Shown here: positions 39,787 through 53,261 of the stretch, piece after piece
Numbering within the stretch: position 1 is the stretch's first letter
How the letters are laid out: each line of letters opens with the position of its first letter
Origin: Octopus vulgaris
Taxonomy: Eukaryota
DNA length: 64,000 nucleotides
NCBI GenBank assembly: GCA_951406725.2
Contig: OX597830.1
Coordinates: 37,324,001 to 37,388,000 of the forward strand
Direction of reading: 5' to 3'
The notes under the pieces: generated by a model
The model's input: only the letters and a program-made list of their open reading frames with translations
What the model was told of the DNA's origin: nothing
Databases searched by the model: none
Position numbers and translations under genes: made by a program

Positions 39787-40295
39787 AGAGAGAGAGGGGG
39801 ACAGAGACAATATAGTAGGGAGACATAGAGGGACACAGTGAGGCAGATCGGAACAGAAAGAGAGATAGGGAGCGTAAGGGGAAAAGGAAGAGATAAATAC
39901 AGATATGGATTTTGAGTTCTTTTGTAAACTGGCGAACTTTAGCAAGTGTATGAAATATGCTGCATATTGTGGTGTTAAACTGGACAATTACTTCTCATCT
40001 AAAGTATTTGGCAAGGGTTAGTATATTTGATGCAGGATCCTGAATTATTCTCTGTCAATTATTTTATATTGAAAATTCCATAACCCGCGAAACATTTATG
40101 AATGTGGAAATAATCCGATCAGCGAAGTGAATTGATGCATACATTCATGCATAACTACATACATACATGCATATATGCAAACATACATACATACATACAT
40201 ACATACATACATACAGAAAGCCATACATGCATACATACATACATACATACATACACATAAAGCCGCAGGAAGACACGCATATGTACACACATATA

Positions 40296-40550
40296 TACAA
40301 GGAGCGATGCTTAAATTGTCCCCATTTTATTTTTTATTTCGCTTATCCGCATTGTCTATTTTTGATTTGGCCGACTACACTCTATAGTAGAGTCTGTTGG
40401 ACACCGTCAGTGAGAAAAACAGTACAATGACGCAATCCAGTCTGTTAGAAATTTGGAAGTGACATGCTGTACTGCTTGGTATACACGCTGGAAGCTCCAA
40501 TACGAACATTTCAGTGTTTGGGTGTCAATCTGAGGACTGTGCAATCTGAG
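40296..40550 (+). mobile_element. Tc1/mariner-like transposon 5' fragment
   Basis: TA-flanked start, then MTQ..EIWK*HAVLLGIHAGSSNTNIS..GVNLRTVQ, an HTH-like transposase N-terminus. Confidence 0.5.
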
Positions 40551-40612
40551 GACATGTACCAAGATTGATAAAATCCAAATTATTTATTGTGGTCTATTCG
40601 GAGAATGTCTGT

Positions 40613-40756
<144 letters not shown>

Positions 40757-40887
40757 CATCCATATATCTTTATATGTGTGTGTTGTGTATATATATACGT
40801 ATATACTACAAAATTAGAAAATGGAGAAACATACTTAAATCAATCCTTGTTAATGTCTCATTTATACCTGCCTTATATGGCTTATAG

Positions 40888-41288
40888 GTTAAATGAGGCA
40901 TGCTTGCCCTTATTGCCGAAACAGCTGTCAGATATGATATAATTACATATTATATTTTATATTTTATATTTCTATTTCCTTGTCTAATTATATTTACAAT
41001 ATATTTTGTATAATGCCTTTACTGTTATGTAATGGTGTAATAAAGTATTGATTGGGTATCATCTGATGGTTGATGTTTGATTGATTTAAGTATGTTTCTC
41101 CATTTTCCAATTTTGTAGTATTAATTTACGGTAATATTTTTACCTTTGCCCATATAATACAGTAGATGAACTAATTGCTTGGCAATTTTTAACATTTATG
41201 TATTAGTCTTGTTGGGTACCTCTCTAGCAGTATATTGGATATATGTTATCCCATGGTGGGTTGAAATTTCAACCCCTATCTCATTTTA
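40888..41288 (+). mobile_element. Penelope-like pLTR fragment with damaged hammerhead (40888-40934)
   Basis: AAATGA-GGCA..TGCC-GAA-ACAGCTGT-C. Ends TTTCAACCCCTATCTCATTTT at (TA)n, like the 3' tail of the array. Confidence 0.45.
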
Positions 41289-41293
41289 TATAC

Positions 41294-41340
<47 letters not shown>

Positions 41341-42494
41341 CATATATATACATGTGTGTGCGTGGGGGGCCTGTGTGTATGCGTGAGCACGTAAATACAG
41401 AGAGCGAAAATGAAAGAGAGTGAGAAAGGGGGAGAGAGAGAAACACAAAGAGAGAGAAACAGAGATAGGACTTACTTTGTGATTGGAATCCATTACTTTT
41501 ACGATATGTTCCTGTTGTGTGACAATATTTTCGAATTTCTGTCCTTAAACTAAGGATGCGGAATATTTTTAAACCCTTAAGACAAGTTTCAAATGCATGG
41601 AACCTGTCAAGGTACATTACTGCAAACGAAAAAATAGTGAATCATAGAACCATATTAAAATGCCGTTTAGACCATTTTTTTCTCAATTATTTCTATACAC
41701 ATTTCACCAAATGCTTTCAAATTTTAATGAGGAGGGAATTTTGCCTTCAATGCATCTGCTCTCCATCAAAGCCTGCTAGAAACTATTAACCGATACTTTT
41801 TCACGCTGTTTATTCTGATTTACTACTTATCCCGGTTGCAGTAGCCGTAATCTTTGTCATTAATGATTATGTTTGCTAAGAGAGTTACAGTAGATGCGGT
41901 GGAAATGTTAAGATACGGTATTATTCTATTATTAAAGTAATACGTCTAAGGTCACTTAACCTCTCAGAAATAGCATCCAAATCCCCCTCACATCAAATCG
42001 TAAACAAATTCGACAACAGATTACAAATGTTCTTCGTCAGTCTAATCTCAATACAATGTTTGTAACTAGAATGCATTACGTTCATACATGATTAACAAAC
42101 GTCTTTATAACATCTACAAAATTTAGTTTGAACATTAGCACCTTCAAGAAATTTGGACGCCAATTGTGTTGTCGTGCATGCTTTTCAGCAGATACTCTGT
42201 AAAGTTTTGTGACTAATTAAACAAGTTTTTAAGTTGTGAAAATATTCCATAATGGTTAACAAAATCAGCTTATAGTTCTACCGGATCTAGAAAACAACTA
42301 AAATATGGGGATTAGCAACTCCCCTATGATGTCACAAAGCGATGTGTTAGCAGTTATATCACATAAATCACCGACGTTAAGCCACGTAGTCACATTTGTA
42401 CTCAGATGTGTCGGGGGCTGCACACACGAAAGTACAATTCCCTGCTGTGATTTGGCCTCCAGGAGTAGTAGCAAATTTTTTTTTCTTACTCTAG

Positions 42495-42615
42495 GCCGAC
42501 ATTTTTGGGGAGGGGGCCAGTCGATTAGATCAACACCAGTGCGCAAATGGTACTTAATTTATAGACCCCGAAAGGATGACAAAGTGGACCTCAGTGGAAT
42601 TTGAACTCAGAACAT
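42495..42615 (-). mobile_element. SINE family B fragment
   Basis: TGGTACTTAATTTATAGACCCCGAAAGGATGA..GGAATTTGAACTCAGAAC. Confidence 0.75.
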
Positions 42616-42648
42616 ATAGACAATTTGTAGCAAAAATATTACCCTACC

Positions 42649-42879
42649 TATTTCTTTACTACCCACAAGGGGCTAAACACAGAGAAGACAAACAAGGACA
42701 GACAAACAGATTAAGTCGATTATATCGACGCCAGTGCGTAACTGGTACGTATTTAATCGACCACGAAAGGATGAAAGGCAAAGTCGGCCTCGGCGGAATT
42801 TGAACTCAGAACGTAACATAAGACGAAATACGGCTACGCATTTCGCCCGGCGTGCTAACGTTTCTGCCAGCTCGCTGCC
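42649..42879 (-). mobile_element. Full-length SINE family B with 12-bp TSD
   Basis: Reverse complement of 48580-48810; TATTACCCTACC at 42637-42648 and 42880-42891. Confidence 0.9.
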
Positions 42880-43428
42880 TATTACCCTACCGATAGACAT
42901 ATTTAATACACCGGTTAATGTCATATGTCAGAGAATAATCTTGTTCAGAATTCATTATTTATTCATTGTTGGAGAATCTTTGATCATAGATCTTTTTATT
43001 CAGACCTAACCAGGGAGCTAAGCTATAGCAAATATATCTATCATCAAGTAAGAAATCTAACATAAACAAGCAGTCCATGCGAGAGAAAAGAATCCAGACT
43101 TGTAGATATTGATATACATAAAATAATTGACTTTCTTTGTACCATGATCCGCATAAAATCGCCCAAGCGAAAATTCAACTGTAAAGGTAGTTGTCATCAA
43201 AAGAGGAACGGGAAATTGAAGGTTCCTGCTTCGGAATTGCTATAAAATCAATGAAACACTAGAACAGGCCAATGGTAATATGTTAAGGCACTTGAATATG
43301 ATTAGGTTATCGAGATATCAATATTACACAAGTCTTTAGTTTCTCATATGCTAATCGTGGCCTATTCGTCTTGCTGCATGCACGCACACACACACGCGCG
43401 CAAATACACATATACACGCAAACACACA

Positions 43429-43473
<45 letters not shown>

Positions 43474-43625
43474 AGAGAGAGAGATAGAGAGAGAGAGGTG
43501 GCACAAAAATGACGGAGGGTACTGACTAGCACCGGTTATGTTAAAATAAGATTTAAGTTAACACCAAATCTACTAAAGCACTATAATTTATGACTGACGA
43601 AGGGAGCTAAGTCTCTAGCGTATAT

Positions 43626-43680
43626 AGCCCTATCGCGATTTCAAATTTTGGTTAGACCCAGTTAATTCTCATCAGCGGCT
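43626..43680 (-). ncRNA. Type I hammerhead motif
   Basis: Minus: AGCCG-CUGAUGA-GAAUU..UGG..CCA..AAUUU-GAA-AUCGCGAU-A-GGGCU. The first stem I pair is a G.G mismatch. Confidence 0.7.
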
Positions 43681-43910
43681 CTTAAAGCCTCAAACGTTTT
43701 AGAATGTGCTTCTTTCTTTCGGCTATATGAACTACCGATGATATACATTGTTATATATATACACACATAGGTAGGTATATACAGGTGTGTGTGCGCACGA
43801 ACAAGTGAAGCCCTCACATATTGATAGAATTATACATGTGGATGTAATATATTTCGATATATGGGCATATATTTATGACTGACGAAGGGAGCTAAGTCCC
43901 TAGCGTATAT

Positions 43911-43966
43911 AGCCCTATCGCGATTTCAAATTTTGGTGTAGACCCAGTTAATTCTCATCAGCGGCT
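43911..43966 (-). ncRNA. Type I hammerhead motif (second copy)
   Basis: Near-identical to 43626-43680. Confidence 0.7.
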
Positions 43967-44265
43967 CTTAGAGCCTCGGGTTTAATTCAACTTACTATGT
44001 CAATCTTATAAGAAAAACAGTTGAACACGTGTGCTGATTTTCAAAACAGTAAAAGTTTAAGCAACAAATTAAAAGAAACTTGCTTATTAGCAATCAGAGA
44101 CGTAAAGGCAAATTTAAAAGCGGTCACAAAAATGGCGGAGAGTGCTGAGTAGCACCGCTTATGCTAAATTAAGACTTAAATTAACTCCAAAGCCATCAAA
44201 GCACTATACTTAATGAATGACAAAGGGAGTGACAGAGGAAATTGAGTTTAACGCTAGGCATTAAG

Positions 44266-44321
44266 AGCCGCTGATGAAAATTAAGTAAACCTACATCAAA
44301 ATCCGAAATCGCGATACGGCT
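44266..44321 (+). ncRNA. Type I hammerhead motif (inverted, diverged copy)
   Basis: AGCCG-CTGATGA-..-GAA-ATCGCGAT-A-CGGCT. Perfect stem I, weakened stem II; predicted cut after 44316. Confidence 0.7.
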
Positions 44322-44537
44322 ATATACGCTGGGGACCTACTTCCCGGTGTCAATCATTAAATATAGTGCTTCAGTGGCTTCTGAGTTAATTTAACACTTA
44401 TTTTAGCGTAGTCAGTGCCTGTCAACACCCTCTCTCATTTTTGAGACCCCTATCAATTTTGCTTTTAGGTTCTAATCTCTAATAAGGACCCTTTTAATTC
44501 GTTATATACATACATACGTATATATATATATATATAT

Positions 44538-44780
44538 TGACCACTAGGTGGACATCCAATAAGCTAAATGTAGACCCCGATATGGTCTGACCACTAAGAA
44601 AAAATCGTGGTCAGACCATATGGGGTCTACATTTAGCATATTAGATGTCTACCTAGTGGTCATCCCTCTTATATGTATGTAATATCATTTTTTCTGAATC
44701 TTCAGATTTTTTTTCCGTATGCTAGCCTCTGGTTTAAATTGATAGTAATCAAATTAATATCAATTTTTACCCTTATGATT
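44538..44780 (+). mobile_element. Truncated pLTR-like element: long inverted repeat (44538-44662) plus tail
   Basis: TGACCACTAGGTGGACATC..GGTCTGACCAC / GTGGTCAGACC..GATGTCTACCTAGTGGTCA. Tail ATTAATATCAATTTTTACCCT resembles the array end ATTAATATCGATTTTTCACCCT. Confidence 0.6.
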
Positions 44781-44828
44781 CATATATATATAGTAGAAAT
44801 ATGTTACAAAAAGAAAATACAAAATAAA

Positions 44829-44901
<73 letters not shown>

Positions 44902-45022
44902 TTGTTGTATCTAGGAATGGTAATTTTGCCAGTTTAGCCAATAAAAAAACACACGCACTATATATTTGGTGTTACTTTGCTTCAGCATTATTTATTTTTT
45001 ACATTAAACTTAATCTTATTTC

Positions 45023-45066
45023 GGCCAGAGTTCTTTCGTCACACTCCTGTGACCGCATCAGTGGTC
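45023..45066 (-). ncRNA. Variant hammerhead-like motif
   Basis: Minus: CCA-CUGAUGCG-GUCAC-AGGAGU-GUGAC-GAAAG-AA-CUC-UGG. A9 is replaced or there is an extra nucleotide; stem III is minimal. Confidence 0.5.
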
Positions 45067-47232
45067 CTTTGCTTTCTTCTTTCTTATTTGTGTGTCTCTC
45101 CTTTCCAACGGTCAGCCATTTTGTATTTCTATTATATATATATATACCATTCTAGGTGTACACTCGTTATGTGAATGCAAACGCACCGTTTCATTTGAAA
45201 ATAATTGCTTGTACTCGACATGCTTCAGTCTGCTTCAGTCTGTACTCGACATGCTTCAAATAGCAACAAAATGCTTCCGATTATCTCTTCAAATGAACAA
45301 TACACTGAAAGAAGAATTCGTCCATGCGTTGTTGTACGTTTTCGCACAAATACAGATCCAAGTCGTCGCGAGTTAAAACTATGTAGAGCACAGAGTATCA
45401 TCTGTGCCATGATGATGGTCACCGACCTCGTAGGAAACATGCTTAAAACGATTCAACTAATCTACCTCGCTGTATGAGTAGCTAGAATAGTAGCCACATC
45501 TCGTTTCAGCCGTTGGCTAAAGCAAAGCTAAATCCGATCTAGTTGAAAATAAAAGGAAAGAAAAATAAACGCGGGTAGAATTAGATTTCCTTTATTAAAT
45601 TTGAAGCAGTGATAAACATCACCATTAATAACACCACTACCGCCACCACCACTCCTTGCTACCACCACCGCTATCACCGCATCCTCGGTGTATTTGCTAA
45701 CTCCATATTATCTGATACTTTTTGCGAAAGCATTCCGAAAATTTGTCACCTTCTGGCAGTATAGTATTGGATACCTTAACCGTTCTCTGGCGTTTAATTA
45801 CGGGAAAAAGAAAATGGATGAGATTCAATATCTGGATAAAATTAATAATCTTCATTAAAAGATTATAACTGAAATTAATTAAAAATGTTGTAATTGGAGT
45901 GTGAGAGCATTTTTAAATTAGCTTAAACTGATTTTAAATATTATCGTGTTACTTTTGCGAAATGTGCAAACCAGCCATTCATAATATCCTATTTTATTTT
46001 TTATGGTACTTCATACTGGTTGTTTCGACGAATATGGGTTCGCAGCAACTTAAATGCACTGTCAGTTAAAACTATCTCTGTTTTAACGGTAATTTTTTCA
46101 GTAGAGGACCGTAGTATCCATATTTAATTACTCGCTGAAAAGTACACTTTGGAGAATATGAAATTCTATATTACATCTTAGTTTCAGCTCCAAATCCAAC
46201 AAAATAAGCTCACCGCTTACACATATCTTACTAGGAATATTTTAAAAAGCTATCTGTTAGAAAAACATCTAAGAAAAGTACATAATCTAAGCTGCACACA
46301 ATTCCAATAAAATATTTAGATTTAAAAAATATTAGCTTTTATTAAAACTAAAAATTTTATTACAAGCTATTACTTCTATTTTTTGTTACTTGTTACTTTT
46401 ATTAAAAATAAAAAAATAACTCAAAATATTTTTGCACTTTGAAAAGAATCCATTTGTTAAAAATTATTAGAAATTAGAAATTTGAAAATAGGTTATAAAA
46501 AATAATAGTAGTACAAAATTAGCTAGTATAATAAATAGAATAAAACAAAAATTAGTTATATATTACAGCAAAATCTATCTATAACAGCTAAAACAGTAAA
46601 CTTTGCTTGAGTCATTTCCTAATTTATTGACATTTAAGTTATACATTTTTTGTCTTGACCCAATGACTATTTTTTTACATAAAGAATTTGCCTACCGTAT
46701 ATACTATTCTACTTTGCATAAAACATTAGCTATATTAGTACTTCTGGCTATCATTTTTTTCAGTATTCTAATTTTGGAGCCAACGCCTGCAATTTTGAAA
46801 AAGACTTGAGAGTGCATATTCTCAGAAAATATTCTGAATCTGCTTCCCTTTCACTTCTCAAAATGCATGAAAATATATGTTTGAGGGTTCACATCACGCC
46901 CTGGAGGAATGAATAAAACGACAGGAGCATATCATCAAATTTATACAAAACAGTTTGATTAAATATTCTTCTTCTTTTCCGTTTCTTTTTCTTTCCTCCA
47001 TTTTTTCTGTATTTTTTCGCCTTTTATAAAAAAATGATGCTTAAAGTCTGACGATGTGATTCCATCAACGTATGGACGCTGTTTGCTGTCGTTCATACTT
47101 TAAATTTAAATTTCTATAATTTTGAATTTTCATCGCTTCTTATTTTGAAATCGACAAAGACAGGCTTGCTGTCGAAATATCGTTCAACCAATAAAATACC
47201 TATTGCAATCGCATCGCGCTCTTCGTATTGTC

Positions 47233-47289
<57 letters not shown>

Positions 47290-47348
47290 TGATGATGATG
47301 ATGATGATGATGATAACAATAATAACAATAACAACAACAACATCAGTA

Positions 47349-47403
<55 letters not shown>

Positions 47404-47409
47404 TAACCA

Positions 47410-48050
47410 ATGCAAGCCAGATCTTGAACAAAATCTAGCCCACCAATAGCTACAAGGGACATATCTAAAAGGGGAAACAGAAAGTTTTTTTTATTGCAGC
47501 GAACATCAGAGCTTACCTTCCCGAACCATACCATACAAAGGTCCTTAAAGATGAATCTGACCCCTCGTGCAGAATTTGCGGAATATCTAAAGAGACACTT
47601 GATCATGTTCCTTGTGGCTTCCTAGTCCTCGTTGGAAAGGAGTACCTCATAACAAATGAGGGACCAAGACAGTATACCCACCGGAATGCCTGTAAATACT
47701 ACAAAATTAAATCCCATGATAAGTGGTAGAGGTACCATCCAGAGGATGTAGTAAATGTTGAGGGCTACGCCATCCTTTGGAACTTCCCAATACAAATAGA
47801 CTGAAAATTTGACTCCAATCGACCAGGCATTGTCATCAAAGATATGCCCGCCCCACAATATCAAAATGTCTGAAGAAAGGAATAAGAAAACCTTTCTCAA
47901 TATATAGATATGCAAATTCAAATCACAAAGTATGGAAGCTTATTACTACGACAATAGCAGTAGTAAGTGGTGCGTTTAAAATGATAAAGAAGGGAGCTGA
48001 GAAGTATATTAAGCTGGTACATCCGATCTCCTTTACCATAACGTTACGAT
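47410..48050 (+). mobile_element. R4/Dong-type LINE 3' remnant
   Basis: LKGETESFFIAA..DPSCRICGISKETLDHV..AILWNFPIQID*KFDSNRPGIVIKD (zinc knuckle plus RLE region). Flanked by (AAT)n at 47235-47405 and 48165-48247. Confidence 0.85.
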
Positions 48051-48185
48051 CTCAGTTATATTTAGGATGCATAGCAAAACAAAAGTGTCCTTGCCACTCT
48101 TGGCCTCCGGATGATGTCCGGTTCGAAAGTAGCTGAAATAATGTTATAATGAAAGGAAACCATAAATAATAATAATAATAATGAC

Positions 48186-48235
<50 letters not shown>

Positions 48236-48579
48236 TAATAATAATAATGTTTTATTTGGAATTGTAATGCGATACAAATGGGTATTGGGACTTCTCAAAC
48301 TCCTTTCTAGTGATAGACAATATTAATGTCCAGAACAGTCATCATTGTCAACATAATCAGCGCAGATATGCTCAGAATTCTATCACGCAGATGCTGCCTA
48401 TTTTCTCCGTACATATCAAATCACGAAATAATTCTATCTTTTGGCATTTTTTTTATTATGAATTTAATTTAGTTGAAGCAACAGCCATCAAAAATATATT
48501 AAGAGGTATGTATTTCTAGATCACTAGACGGTAGTGTACACCATACTTCAGTTAGAAATCTTAAATATATCTATAATAA

Positions 48580-48810
48580 GGCAGCGAGCTGGTACAAACG
48601 TTAGCACGTCGGACGAAATTCGTAGCCGTATTTCGTCTGTCGTTACGTTCCGAGTTCAAATTCCGCCGAGGTCGACTTTGCCTTTCATCCTTTCGGGGTC
48701 GATAAATTAAGTACCAGTTACGCACTGGGGTCGATGTAGTCGACTTAATCCGTTTGTCTGTCCTTGTTTGTCCCCTCTGTGTTTAGCCCCTTGTGGGTAG
48801 TAAAGAAATA
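48580..48810 (+). mobile_element. Full-length SINE family B with TSD
   Basis: GGCAGCGAGCTGG..GAGTTCAAATTCC (B box)..GCCTTTCATCCTTTCGGGGTCGATAAATTAAGTACCAG; TSD ATATATCTATAATAA. Confidence 0.9.
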
Positions 48811-49998
48811 TATATCTATAATAATAATGATAACATCTGCAAAAATTAATATTCTTGATTCTTTGGAAGTTTCACACAGGACAAACGGTAGAATTCCTCT
48901 GATCATTTTCAAGAAAATGTACTATGAGATTTAATTCGTTTGGTGCCATCTCAGATATTATCATTATTTTTTTGATAAGGAGTATGGAATATTTCAGCAA
49001 GTGTACAACTTCAGTCGGAAAACACATTAGATAAACAAATTCTCTTAAAATTCTTCGTCTTGCGAAGACGTTCTGTTATACGAATGTTAATTATGAAGAT
49101 AAATTTTGAGAACAATTCTATTATATATAAATTGCAGAAAATTAGTTCGAAATCAAACTTTCAAAATCAATCAAAAACGTTTATCCAAATATATTTATAT
49201 TTCATTAACACCATAAACCTATAGAGTCAAAAGTTCCTTCAAATCGATAAAAACTTCAAGCGATCAATCAGTTTTTCCCTTTTGAATTCTCTCTTACCTT
49301 ATACTAATTTGACTAAAGTTAATCACCTTGTAAATATAGATAAATAACCCGTCTGAATGTAATCATATTAGCATCAATTTTTCTTGTAAAATGAGATAAA
49401 AGAAAGAAAATGAAGATGAATTGGCTACACTTATCACAATATGATTTATTCGTTAAAATGTTATTCTATTTTGGAACAGAATATTTTATGAGACAAGTTT
49501 CTGGTTTCGTAGTAGTAGATATAGAAATTATTCTTTAAGAAAATATTGGTTTATGACATTTTGAAAAACTGACATCTATGTAGAAACATAACGAGTCTTC
49601 TCAATTAAATCAACCCTCGAAAGCGTATGCATCGTTCTATATTGCCCCACAGTTTATGGAAGACAATCTCACTATATTTAGACATTGAAATTCCAAATGA
49701 ATGACAAAATTAATTTCAGATTTCGTTATAAATTTCATCATTTTCTATCTTTTGCAAAGGTGAAATATTGCCAAGTACATACGATAAAGACTAAAGTGTG
49801 TGGTACTGCTGTTTGATTGAGATTTCTGTCAAACATAGTCAAGACAATTATGTAGATTTATGTTATAAAGTATTTTCACATAATAAGTAAAAGCAATCTA
49901 TGGTTATAGAATGAGTTATTAGGTTGATGTAGAGAGTACGACGATGTATCTGTTTTAGGTTCAATGATGTTAATGATTCTGCCATAATAGAAGAAAGT

Positions 49999-50215
49999 TA
50001 AGGTGGTGAGTAGGTAGAATCATTAGCTTGCCAGTCAAAATGCTTAGCGACATTTCGTCCGTCTTTATCTTCTGAGTTCAAATTCCGCCGGGGTTGACCT
50101 TACTTTTCATCCTTTCGGGGTCGATAAAATAAATACCAGTTGTGCACTGGGGTAGATATCATCAACTTTCCCCAAACCACGAAATTGCTGACCTTCTTCA
50201 AAAATTTAGAAACCA
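49999..50215 (+). mobile_element. SINE family B
   Basis: GAGTTCAAATTCCGCCG..TTTCATCCTTTCGGGGTCGATAAAAT. Confidence 0.8.
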
Positions 50216-50439
50216 ACATCTAGAGGAAAAGTCGAAAATTACGAAGATAGAAAATTAGATTTCAGTTCAATTTTACAATAGAAAAATAAATTAAATATAT
50301 CATTATCCAAATTCACAACGACATTCATGACAATAGCATTTCAATGGAATGTCTGTCAATCCATTAATATACAGTGATATAAACAGAAAAGTTAAGAAAC
50401 TTCTATTTGTAAATTATGTAGAAAACTTAATCTAGAAAT

Positions 50440-50624
50440 TTAGTTTCAAATTTTGTCACAAGGCCAGTGATTTCAGGAGCGGGGTAAATCGATGACATCA
50501 ATCCCAGAATTCAACTGGTACTTACTTTATCGACCTCGAAAGGATGAAAGGCAACGTTAACTCTGGACGGAATGCCGCTAAGTAATTTGCCTGGTGTGCT
50601 AACGATTCTGTGAGCTCGCCGTCT
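50440..50624 (-). mobile_element. SINE family B, internally deleted; inverted relative to 49999-50215
   Basis: CTGGTACTTACTTTATCGACCTCGAAAGGATGAAAGGC..GCTAACGATTCTGTGAGCTCGCCG. Confidence 0.75.
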
Positions 50625-53261
50625 TCACGTAATATTTAAATTTACTGTTTTAAGATAAATACTCTTCTCGAAGAATAATCGATTATACCTTGTGAAACCG
50701 TTTCTTTTACAGTTTAAATAATTCTTAGAAACTATTCAATTAATATTTTTCTACGATACGTACCTACTTCAGAATGTGCAACTTAATTGCCCTATTATTT
50801 AATAGTCTACATACAGTTTTAGCCAAAATCACCTGACAATAAATCAAAACCATTTAATTCCATGATTAAAACAAATAGTTATTTCATATGACACTTCGCC
50901 AAGAAATAGACAAATGTTGAAAGAAAAAAAAACGGTGCTTGTAACTCACAAGCATTCAGTTATTAAACATTCATAACGGGAATGGATAAATAAAATTGAA
51001 TATTAAGTATTTATGGAATTTTTATTTATTGTCGGATGACTTCGGAACAACACTGTATAATATACCCAGCCTCTCATATACCATAAATTACACATGTCAT
51101 ATTCGAAATATTTTCTATGATAACGCCCCCAGTATCTTCGACCAAAGCAGTGATTCTGCAAAGCTTTCTGAGTTGTGTGTGTCTACACGTGGGGAAGAAG
51201 AAAACGACAGCGATTATCATTTCAAGTGAGACTGAAAAAGTCAATATCCGATAAATATGATTCCATATACTGTATTTATTTAAAATTGTATAATATATGT
51301 TCATTGTCTTTTGTATTCATATAATTAATATGATAATGTGGCTAGTGACAATACCAGATGTATCTTCTGGGAACCTTAATTCTAAATGTTGCATGCAAGT
51401 CAAGACGTTACAGGTGCAACAACTCCTTTTTATAATGAAAGACTTCTGGAGCCATGTGAATACGATACATCTCCACAACAGCATTTTTGAAAATAGATTT
51501 AAGAAAAATTCGTACAATACACTAAATGGTAGAGTTATCATTTGAAAGGCTTTCTAGTGCACAGTGTTTCTAGCTTTATTTTTTATAGAAGACACGCTTT
51601 TGAACCGAAATTATGCGCCTCCCCTACCCTGCTAAACGTCTATTGGTAAAAAACATTTACCATCAGCAAGGTTTATTCATCGCGTTAAGTGCTTGTAGCA
51701 AGTTACAACATAATCTTTTCTATGCGAACAAAGCTATACATTAGCATACAGAATTCTATTTATGTATAATGCTATAAGAACTAACAAAGTAATCTACAAT
51801 AACGGGAGTTTCATTTTAAAAATAATTCTTAACCTAATCCAGAATAACAAATTACATTATGGTAGAACTTAGGTTTATTCTGAGAAAGTCACAAGTGAAA
51901 TTTTACTTACAACAATGACTGCAGAGGTTATCAAGGCTAAAATCTTAATTCCCGATATGAGGAATGGAATCTGCTAAATGGTTTTAACTATTTTGCATCT
52001 ATTATGTTTACCATGATTTAAACTTATTTCAAATATATTTCATCACTCAATAAAATTTTCTTGTACTTTAATTTCAGTGTCTCCATTATTTTCTCCAAAT
52101 GATGTCTTTCACCAGACATATACTTAATTCAAGCAAGTCATTGACAAAACAACTGACTTTCATCACTGTACGTTGAATTCTCAAGACCCAGAGAAGGAAT
52201 AGCTCCCTCCTATGTTTCCATAGTAGTAAAAATGTGGAACACTGCAGCAGGTGATGTCATGTATCAACTCTGAATAACCTGATTTCTCTAATTATCATAA
52301 AAACCTATTTGTTGATTAGAACATATCAATTTTCTTGTAATTATATAACAAATTAAATATTTGAAATCTATCTCACCAATGAAAAAGAGAAATTATTGAA
52401 TACTGTCCGAAATGGCTACTAAGTAGCAATTGTCTGTCTCTGTGTAACTAGACTTTGTAACGCTGCTTTATTTTAGTTAAAATTTCCCCCAGAAACTGAT
52501 CGATAAGCGTATTTCATTTGAAAAGGTTGCCATTATTATTGCAATTCAAAGCTATTCTATAGCCGTTATACCGACAGTTTTTAATCAAATGTTTACTGTG
52601 ACCCATGCAATATCTGCAAAAAGAATTTTAAAATGAGAAATGACCTGTCACTAAGTTCTTTACCGTTCTACTTGAAATACGTCTGAACTTCTTCAAAAAG
52701 AAGTTAGGTATTTGTCACAAGGCTTCAAGTAAAATGTATTGCTCTTGAGGATAATTAACTTTGAAAATCCGAAGTAAATGACATCAAAGCATATTTATTG
52801 TATGTTACATGTGATTCGTTGCTTGCAGAATAAACAGGTTCTTTTAAAATTGATCAAATAATTTATTTCCAATTTTCAGCTATTTAATAAGCGCACCTGA
52901 TGCAGTTATATTTCCCTCCAGCATCAGGTACCTTCATCGTATGTGCATTCACTACTGTTTAAACATCAACATAAACCACAAGATGAAAGCTTCGAAACAG
53001 TTATATGGCTTGAGAGCTCCTGCATTTATCTTAGAACACTGGTGTGTATGTGTATACATGTATACATGCGTCTGTGTGTGTGACTATGTCAGTGTATGTC
53101 TATATTCATATATGCATATGTATATATATATATATATGTGTGTGTATGTGTGTGTGTGTATGTTTGTGTGTGTGCATGTGTATGAGTATGTATACATAAA
53201 TGTATGTATTTATATAAGTATATATATAAATTTATATCTATCTATCTATCTATCTATAAAA

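Larger units (their letters stand above)
43498..44450. mobile_element. Cluster of direct and inverted Penelope-like pLTR pieces with three hammerheads
   Basis: Homologous blocks at ~43498-43690, 43871-43978 and 44122-44229 (same orientation) and ~44258-44450 (inverted). Confidence 0.7.

Noticed and set aside
46600-46830. hAT dimerisation-domain remnant (SQVFFKIAGVGSKIR, minus)
   Set aside because: Too short and degenerate to support.
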